64,000 bases of DNA, taken from NCBI GenBank assembly GCA_951406725.2, contig OX597822.1, positions 94,054,001 to 94,118,000 on the forward strand, written 5' to 3'. A program made the translations under genes and the position numbers. Origin of the DNA: Octopus vulgaris. Its lineage: Eukaryota. Below are positions 56,047 to 64,000 of this stretch, one piece after another (position 1 is the first letter of the stretch; every line of letters starts with the position of its first letter). The notes beneath the pieces are model-generated. The model saw nothing but the letters and a program-made list of their open reading frames with translations, was not told the DNA's origin and made no database searches.

Positions 56047-56317
56047 TGGCGTTAGGAAGGGCATCCAGCCGTAGAAACACTGCCAAATCTGACTGGGCCT
56101 GATGAAGCCTTCAGTTAAACCGTCCAACCCATGCTAGCATGGAAAACGGACGCTAAATGATGATGATGAGGATGATGATGATTATTATTGTTTTATTACT
56201 GTTTTTACACGATTTTTTTCACAAACGGACAAAACCCTTTGTAACCTTTCGTCCTGTTTTGTCCCTTTATGTTTTCTAATCGTATTTGTCAGCCCTTGTG
56301 GCCAATAAAAAGAATTG

Positions 56318-56351
<34 letters not shown>

Positions 56352-56777
56352 GGGCGGTAAGTTGGCAGAATCATTAAGATGCTGGACAAAATGCTTAGCA
56401 GTATTTCACCTGTCACTACGTTCTGAGTTCAAACTCCGCCAAGGTCGACTCTACCTTTCATCCTTTAAGGATCAATAAATTAAGTACCAGTTGAGTACTG
56501 GGGGGTCAATGTAATCGACTTAACCCTCCCCCAAATTTCAGGCCTTGTGCCTATAGTAGAAAGGACTATTATTATTAAGGTGGTAAGCTGGCAGAATCGT
56601 TAGCATACTGGACAAAATGCTTAGCAGTATTTTGTATGCCACTATGTTATGAGTTCAAATTCTGCCTTGGTCAACTTTGCCTTCCATTCTTTCAGGGTTG
56701 ATAAATTACGTACCAGTGAAACAGGGTTGATGTAATTGACTAGTCCCCTCCCCCAAAATTTCAGGTCTTGTGCCTAT

Positions 56778-56941
56778 AGGCGCAGGAGTGGCTGTGTGGT
56801 AAGTAGCTTGCTTACTAACCACATGGTTCCGGGTTCAGTCCCACTGCGTGGCACCTTAGGCAAGTGTCTTCTACTATAGCCTCGGGCCGACAAAAGCCTT
56901 GTGAGTGGATTTGGTAGACGGAAACTGAAAGAAGCCTGTCG

Positions 56942-56972
<31 letters not shown>

Positions 56973-57198
56973 GTATGTGTGTGTATATGATTGTGTGTCT
57001 GTGTTTGTCCCCCCTAGCATTGCTTGACAACCGATTCTGGTGTGTTTACGTCGCCGTCACTTAGCGGTTCGGCAAAAAAGACCGATAGAATAAGTACTGG
57101 GCTTACAAAGAATAAGTCCCGGGGTCGATTTGCTCGACTAAAGGCGGTGCTCCAGCATGGCTGCAGTCAAATGACTGAAACAAATAAAAGAGTAAAAA
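56778..57198 (+). mobile_element. SINE family A
   Basis: Full copy. Confidence 0.85.
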
Positions 57199-57688
57199 GG
57201 AATAGTAGAAAGTATTATTATTATTACGCAGTAAACTGGCAGAATTGTTAGTATGCAGCACAAGGTGTTTAAGGTTGCAAGATGGCAGAATTCTTAGCAC
57301 ACCAGCCAAAATGCTAAACGACATTTTGTCCATCTCCACGTTCTGAGTTCAAATTTTGCCAAGGTTGACTTTACCAGTCATACTTTCAGGGTTGATAAAA
57401 AGTTGAGTACTGGGGTTGTTGAAACTGGCCTATCATATCACCCCCCCCCCTGAAATTGTTGGCCTTGTGCCACAATTTGAAATCATCATCATTATTATTA
57501 TTATTATTACTTTTTTTTTCTTCTTTCAAATTTGCTTCCATTTCTTGCCGAGTGTCTTCCCGACTCCTAGGGCAAAGAAACTCATAGTAACATTGGTAGG
57601 CCATTAAACCAAACTCAATAGTTTGTTAATTTTTTTAATTTTTTTATTTTTTTTAAGTTAAATTAAAATACATGAGCAGCAACAGTTC

Positions 57689-58939
57689 TCACATCGACAA
57701 TGCTCTTCTCAATACGTGTGATGTACCAGTTAAGACAATCTTTTGCACTTCTTGCAGGGATGGTAAGCCAGGGATCATTCTCATATAATTTTCGGCTCCC
57801 TTCTTGATCATTCCTAGTGCTCCTACGATCACTGGTATTGTAACCGCCTTGAGATGCCACATTTTCTCAATTTCAATGAGTAGGTCTTTATATTTTCTGA
57901 GCTTGTCAAACTCTTTCGCTGAGATATTATGATCACAGGGGATGCTCATGTCGATCAATAAGCAAACTTTATTGTTTTGGTCTTTCACAACAATATCTGG
58001 TTTATTGGCCTTGATGGTTCGGTCTGTATGTACTGGAAAGTCCCACAGAATGGTTACATTTTCTCCTTCAGTTACAGCCTCAGGGTGGTGATTATACCAC
58101 TTGTCGGCAGTTTTGATATTGTAATGCCGACTTATTAGCCAGTGGAGATATTGGCCAACTCTGTCATGTCTTAATTTATACTCCACTGGTGCTAAGACTT
58201 TACATCCAGAGATTAGGTGGTCCACTGTTTCAATCATGTCGTTGCAGAATTGGCATTTTGGGTCTGCTCCATTTTTCATCACATTGGCCTGGTAGTTCCG
58301 GGTTAATAGTCTTTGATCTTGAGCAGCCAGGATGAAACCTTCGCTCTCTGCTTTTAGCCCTGAGCTCCGTAGCCACTGATGGGTTTGCTTCTGGTCAACA
58401 TCAGCTTGTTTGCTGCGGGTCACATATTTGCCGTGCAGAGGTTTCTCCTCCCACCTATCAGCCAATTGCTCATGTGCTTTTTTCCTTGCCATCATTTTCA
58501 CCTTCTTTGCAACAATAGTTGCCGTACTTCCCTCGGGTTGTTCAGTTTGGGTATCCTGCACGAGATCAATAGCAAACTTTTTGCTTTCCTTTATGATAGA
58601 ATGAAGCTTCTTTCGTCTCTCGTGATTTTCCACGAGCTTTAGCATCCAGTCATTCGTTATTTCAAGATATTTGGCCAGTCCAATTGTGGTTGTTTTGTAA
58701 GCTAGTTCAAATTGGATCAGGCCTCGACCTCCTTGGGCTCTGGGAAGGTAAAGGCGATCTACGTCTGCCTTTGGGTGGTGCATCCTATTACAACTCAGCA
58801 GCTTGCGTATTTTCCTATCTATATTCTTTACTTCACTCATATTCCAGTTCAACACATTGTAGCTATAAGTAACAACTGGAACTGCTAAGGAATTTATAGC
58901 TAACACCTTGTTACGTGCATTTAGTTCAGATTTCAGCAC
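57689..58939 (-). CDS. Dong/R4 ORF, C-terminal part (thumb, CCHC, PD-(D/E)xK endonuclease)
   Basis: 416-aa frame with AAQDQ, CQFCNDMIETVDHLISGC, RHDRV and KPDIVV...IDMSIP; continues the RT ORF after a frameshift near 58940. Confidence 0.88.
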   Translation of the reverse strand: MLKSELNARNKVLAINSLAVPVVTYSYNVLNWNMSEVKNIDRKIRKLLSCNRMHHPKADVDRLYLPRAQGGRGLIQFELAYKTTTIGLAKYLEITNDWMLKLVENHERRKKLHSIIKESKKFAIDLVQDTQTEQPEGSTATIVAKKVKMMARKKAHEQLADRWEEKPLHGKYVTRSKQADVDQKQTHQWLRSSGLKAESEGFILAAQDQRLLTRNYQANVMKNGADPKCQFCNDMIETVDHLISGCKVLAPVEYKLRHDRVGQYLHWLISRHYNIKTADKWYNHHPEAVTEGENVTILWDFPVHTDRTIKANKPDIVVKDQNNKVCLLIDMSIPCDHNISAKEFDKLRKYKDLLIEIEKMWHLKAVTIPVIVGALGMIKKGAENYMRMIPGLPSLQEVQKIVLTGTSHVLRRALSM

Positions 58940-61373
58940 AAACTCTCCTATAACATTCCTTCCTGATCTTCTCTTTCATGCTTGCATGCTGAATACCAGA
59001 GCCTTCATTTATCCCTAAATATTTGTATGTTTGTTCTTGCTCAAGCTCTCTTATGACTGTGTCAACATCTAACACGACTGAATTTGTGGTCTTCACTTTC
59101 CCTTTCTGGAAAGTGGCCTTGGCACACTTCTCAAGTCCAAATTCCATTCCGATGTCATCGCTGAATGCTTTCACGGTGCGCAATAGGCCTTCAAGTTCAT
59201 TATTGTCTTTACCATAAAGTTTTAAGTCATCCATATAAAATAGATGGCTTATTTTTTTATTGGCAATTTTATACCCATACCCTGTTCTGTTTAATTCACT
59301 TGTAAGGGGTATTAGGGCTATGCAGAATATTAAAGGTGAAAGTGAGTCACCTTGAAAAATTCCACAGTTGATGTTTATATTTTCTGAGGCAAGTACTCCA
59401 TTAGAGTGGTATAATTGGAGATTCGTATTCCACAACGACATATTGTGCTTCAGGAAGTTTGAAATCACAGGGGAAATTTTGAAGATGTCCAGCGATCTCA
59501 AGATCCATGGATGCGGTATACTGTCGAAGGCCTTTTTATAGTCAATCCATGCGGTGCTGAGATTTCTGCGCTTGTTGTGACAGTTCTCAAGGATCATACG
59601 ATTGATTAACAGTTGATCTTTGCATCCGTAAGAGCCTCGGTGGCACCCTTTTTGTTCAATGGGGAAAATATCGTTCTTCTCCATGAATGCATATGTTTTC
59701 TTCGCCAGGATAGATGTTAGGATTTTATACGTGGTGGATAGACAGGTTATAGGCCGATAGTTTTTTGGAAGGTTGGTTTCGTTATTCTTTGGGAGTAGGT
59801 AAGTAATGCCACTTGCTAACCATTCAGGTGTTTTCTTTGGGTCTCTCATAATTCCATTGAGCAGCTGAACTAGCTTACCGTGTGCGCATGAGAGCGATGC
59901 GAGCCAGAAATTCGGCACCCTATCTTTACCGGGGGATTTCCAATTATGGGCCTTCGTGAGTGCCTTTCTTAGGTCTGCTATTGTGATGTCTTCCCATGCT
60001 TGTTGTTGTAAATTTTGGTAGGATCCTTCAGTTTGTATAATCCAGTTTGCATTTATGTTGTACGTCTTCTTGTCACTCCAAATCCTTTTCCAAAAGTTTT
60101 GAACTTCTTCCATGGGAGGGAGGTCTTTAACGGTTACTTTCTCCTTCCCTATTTCTCTGTAGAATTTTTTGGCATTGGATGTGAACAGCTTATTTTGCTT
60201 GTAAAACTTGTTTCTCTTCTCAAATCTTCGTATTCTTTGGGCTTTTGCTTGGACTTTTTGTTTCAGCATTTCTTTTATTGATATCAGTTCTTCTCTTGGT
60301 GAGGATCCAAATTTTCTCTTCATCTTTCTTCCTGTTCTGGATCTTACATCATTTCCACATATTAGTTCATTTAATATTGATATTTCCCCTCTCATAAATT
60401 CAATCTCTTTTTCAATTTTACTTCTCCAGGTTTGATTTCTTCCCAGGTTTTGTTTTCTTTGTTTTTTCGGGGGCATACAGCTGGTTTCAATTGCCCTAGC
60501 AGAAGCGTAAATAATTTCATTTAACTCAGTAAAATCAGGTTTTAATTCTCGTATTATTTCATTTGTTACATAGTTGCCAATTTGGATTTGTTTTTTATTT
60601 TGGTTTGTATTTGAGAGTTTATGAAGTGGTTCTCTATCATTCATACTTGTATGTCTTACAACTTTAAGCGTATTCAGGATTCTCTGCCTCATTTCTGCCA
60701 TAGACTCTCTGTGTTCTTCAGCAAATGTGAGATCTTCAGTTACTATTGTTTTTTCGTTTTCCTGGCTATCTTTAACAGGTACAATAGAATTTCTTGTATC
60801 TTCAAGCCTTTGCGTATTTTGGTCAGATGGCAATCTTTCAATTAAGCCTCGTGGCGGGCTATACTGTTCATCTGATTCTTCATTTCCTTTGTGTCTTATA
60901 TTTATGTCATTTTTCGTTGCGTGCTTGATCGCGCTTATTTCACTGTCTGTGAGTCTGTTATTTCTAAGGATATCCCTCCTCACATTTGCTAATTTGTTCT
61001 CGTCCAAATAGGGCCTACTGTCTTGATTCCGTGTTCTCCATATACTGTAAGAGTTTGCGGTGTGTCTCTCTTGAGATGGCCTACCTAATGCATAGTAATA
61101 AGCGTATATTACTTCTTTATACTCTTCTCGGGTCCATTTGTTCCGCTTACATTTTTCTTTCTGTGGTGGTTGTGGTGGTGAACTTGGAGGGCTTGAGTTG
61201 GGGGATTTCCCGTTCAAGTGGCCATCGATGTCCGTATTCGGAGAAGAGTTTGTGCCAGTTGATGACTTTTCGATCCCAGGCTGGCTCTTCCCTGGGGGAC
61301 GCGATTCCAAATTAACCATAGGACAAGCGATTTGGTATACTGATTTAGTTTTCCTTTTAGTTTCCAAAAACAT
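58926..61373 (-). CDS. Dong/R4 ORF, N-terminal part with reverse transcriptase
   Basis: 815-aa uninterrupted ORF containing the RT domain with catalytic YMDD. Confidence 0.88.
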   Translation of the reverse strand: MFLETKRKTKSVYQIACPMVNLESRPPGKSQPGIEKSSTGTNSSPNTDIDGHLNGKSPNSSPPSSPPQPPQKEKCKRNKWTREEYKEVIYAYYYALGRPSQERHTANSYSIWRTRNQDSRPYLDENKLANVRRDILRNNRLTDSEISAIKHATKNDINIRHKGNEESDEQYSPPRGLIERLPSDQNTQRLEDTRNSIVPVKDSQENEKTIVTEDLTFAEEHRESMAEMRQRILNTLKVVRHTSMNDREPLHKLSNTNQNKKQIQIGNYVTNEIIRELKPDFTELNEIIYASARAIETSCMPPKKQRKQNLGRNQTWRSKIEKEIEFMRGEISILNELICGNDVRSRTGRKMKRKFGSSPREELISIKEMLKQKVQAKAQRIRRFEKRNKFYKQNKLFTSNAKKFYREIGKEKVTVKDLPPMEEVQNFWKRIWSDKKTYNINANWIIQTEGSYQNLQQQAWEDITIADLRKALTKAHNWKSPGKDRVPNFWLASLSCAHGKLVQLLNGIMRDPKKTPEWLASGITYLLPKNNETNLPKNYRPITCLSTTYKILTSILAKKTYAFMEKNDIFPIEQKGCHRGSYGCKDQLLINRMILENCHNKRRNLSTAWIDYKKAFDSIPHPWILRSLDIFKISPVISNFLKHNMSLWNTNLQLYHSNGVLASENININCGIFQGDSLSPLIFCIALIPLTSELNRTGYGYKIANKKISHLFYMDDLKLYGKDNNELEGLLRTVKAFSDDIGMEFGLEKCAKATFQKGKVKTTNSVVLDVDTVIRELEQEQTYKYLGINEGSGIQHASMKEKIRKECYRRVCAEI

Positions 61374-61389
61374 TTTGGTGCTACGATAA

Positions 61390-61566
<177 letters not shown>

Positions 61567-61776
61567 GACGGTGAGCTGGCAGAATTGTTAGCATACTGGG
61601 CAAAATGGTTAGTGGCATTTCATCTATTTTTAAGTTTTGAGTTCAAATTCTGCCAAGGTTGACTTTGCCTTTCATCCTTTCGGGGTTGATAAATTAAGTA
61701 CCATTTGAACACTGGGATCAATGTAATTGACTTACCCCTCCCTCAAAATATCTGACCTTGCGTCAAAATTCAAAAC

Positions 61777-61825
<49 letters not shown>

Positions 61826-61852
61826 GTTTTTTTTTGTTTTTGTTTTTTTCAG

Positions 61853-61998
61853 TATCTTGATCTTTCTTACAATAACCTAACAGGAGATTGTTTCAAAAGT
61901 TTAGGATTGATGCCAAATCTACAGTACCTAAATTTAGGAAACAACGACATATCATACCTGCCAGCAGACTCCACGCAATGTTTCTCATTGTCAGAAAG
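61853..61998 (+). CDS. XRRA1: XRRA1-like LRR gene, coding exon 5 (gene incomplete in window)
   Basis: ttttttcag| acceptor, AG|GTTAGC donor; 146 nt, phase 0 start. Encodes YLDLSYNNLTGDCFKSLGLMPNLQYLNLGNNDISYLP (two canonical LRRs). Confidence 0.88.
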
Positions 61999-62596
61999 GT
62001 TAGCATTCTGGCGCCATTCAACTTTTACCACTTGAAATTCATTTCTTATGCACTCAACACTATCATATTAGAATCAATAACCAGTAACTGGAAGAAATAT
62101 TAATACATTTCTTTTTAAATACAGACACAGGTGCAGGTGGGGCTGTGTAGTTGAGAAGTATGCTTCTAGCCATGTGGCTTAGAGGTCAGGTGTCACTTAC
62201 TATATCTCCAAATTGACCAAAGTCTTGTGAGTGGATTTCAGTGGATGGAACTGGAAGAAGCATGTATGTATGTATGTATGGATGGATGTATGGATGGATG
62301 GATGGATTGATAGATGGATGGATGGATGCATGCATGCATGCATGTATGACTTTTCTTTGAGTTTAATTTAAGTTCTGCTTCAGAGAGTTCAAGCTAGTCA
62401 CTAACAAAGTGACAAGACTTTTTGAGTAAAGAGAGTCCCCGGTGTTTGTGAATGTGTGTTTGAGTTAGTGTGTTGGTTGAACTGTTGATGCATACACCAA
62501 AGTATCTGCATCTCACATGGAGCAATTTTGGAATGTCTTACATATGGAGCAATTTTGGAATGTCTTACAAATCTTCACTGTGCCATTAACAGATTA

Positions 62597-63035
62597 GGCG
62601 CAGGAGTGGCTGTGTGGTAAGTAGCTTGCTTACCAACCACATGGTTCTGGGTTCAGTTCCACTGCATGGCACCTTGGGCAAGTGTCTCCTACTATAGCCT
62701 CGGGCCGACCAAAGCCTTGTGAGTGGATCTGGTAGACGAAAACTGAAAGAAGCCGATTGTATATATGTATGTATATGTATAAATCCTTAAAATCCTTAAA
62801 AATGTTTTAGCCCGAAGGCCGCGGCCATGCTGTATGTTTGTGTGTCTGTGTTTGTCCCCCCCAACATCGCTTGACAACCAATGCTGGTGTGTTTATGTCT
62901 CTGTAACTTAGCAGTTCAGCAGAAAAGACCAATAGAATAAGTACTAGGCTTACAAAGAATAAGTCCTGGGTTTGATTTGCTCGACTAAAGGCGGTGCTCC
63001 AGTATGGCTGCAGTCAAATGACTGAAACAAGTAAA
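62597..63035 (+). mobile_element. SINE family A
   Basis: Full copy with a short insert in its microsatellite. Confidence 0.8.
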
Positions 63036-63039
63036 TAAA

Positions 63040-63280
63040 AGATTGGATTTGGAGAATCCACATCAGTTTCCTTTGCTCTTTTTTTGTGAAACTAAGTGGC
63101 ACATAGCCTACTGCATCTATGATGATGGGTACAAATGAGAATTCATAGCCAGGGTACACGAGCTGTAAGTTCTGCTTTAATATGCCATAAATGTTCTCTT
63201 TTTCTTGGACTTTAAACTGCACATTCACGTCTGCTGGGCAGCTAACCTCTCCTCTACAACAGTGCATGACTTTGTTCCCT
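63040..63280 (-). mobile_element. RLE-type LINE C-terminal remnant
   Basis: EVSCPAD...EKENIYG...YPGYEFSFVPIIIDAVGYVP resembles the end of a restriction-like endonuclease domain. Confidence 0.5.
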
Positions 63281-63553
63281 GTCCCATATGTATGTATATA
63301 TGTATGTATGTGTGTGTGTATGTGTGTATGTATGTATGTATGTATGTATGTATGTATGTATGTATGTATGCATGCATGCATGTATGTATGTAGCAGCAGC
63401 AGCAGCAACTGAATCCTACCGTTGTCTTGGGCGACAAGGAGACGACTTTATATCTAGCATGGGCCGCCTACGTGCAGGTCGCTGACTACATGCTTCCAAC
63501 CCGTCAAGTCTGCATGCTTCACCACCTTCCCATCGCCGCAGGACTTCCGAATA

Positions 63554-63585
<32 letters not shown>

Positions 63586-63679
63586 CTAAAAATGAAGAAA
63601 ATATATACTAAAAATAAGATAGATATATATAGAAAAAAGAAAAAAGAAAAAAAAGACTATTTTACAATGCTATCCATAG

Positions 63680-63994
63680 GAAAGATTACCCTGATACGTA
63701 AAGGCATGTCACAACCAGCGGGTATTAACACCAGGCATGCACACACTCACGCATGCATGGCACAGATGGAGGGAGCAGGTTAAGGAAGGGATCGACTCTT
63801 TTGAGAGAGCACTTATCCAGCATGAAGAACTTAAGCGAGCTGCGCGAAAGCGCACGGCTCGTATAGCGAATGGGGAAAGCTTGGTCTGCAATGTTTGCAG
63901 TCGTGTATGCTTGTCAAGAGCAGGGCTAGAGCACACAATGTTCCTGAAGGTCGGCAATGGTCTTCCTCGGTCACGAGTGGACGGCCATCATCAT
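63680..63994 (+). mobile_element. RTE-BovB-like LINE 3' end
   Basis: WREQVKEG...LVCNVCSRVCLSRAGL..H C-terminal zinc-finger-like motif, then a (CAT)n tail. Confidence 0.65.
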
Positions 63995-64000
63995 ATATGT

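Noticed and set aside
58926-58945. Programmed ribosomal frameshift between the two Dong ORFs
   Set aside because: R4-clade elements have a single ORF, no slippery heptamer is present, and a small deletion explains the break.
62517-62569. 27-bp tandem duplication
   Set aside because: A simple local duplication with no sign of function.

Overview
AT-rich, repeat-saturated eukaryotic DNA, inferred to be from an octopus or other coleoid cephalopod (dense tRNA-derived SINEs, long (TA)n/(TAA)n/(TATG)n tracts, RTE LINEs). One host gene can be built by hand: the first five coding exons of a + strand leucine-rich-repeat gene resembling XRRA1 (32989-33115, 43446-43618, 47713-47857, 49570-49667, 61853-61998). 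All junctions are GT-AG and phase-compatible, and the gene is incomplete in this window. An RFX X-box-like motif and a YY1 motif lie at its start. The rest is mostly mobile DNA: a near-intact Dong/R4-type non-LTR retrotransposon in a (TAA)n tract, several RTE LINE pieces, a Penelope GIY-YIG remnant, a minimal hammerhead ribozyme motif, mariner/Tc1 remnants, four non-autonomous Helitrons, a MITE with a 9-bp TSD, a probable solo LTR and many SINEs. Most ORFs in the supplied track are microsatellite or SINE artefacts. I see no prokaryote-type system and no CRISPR array. Family names come from recalled motifs, not database searches.
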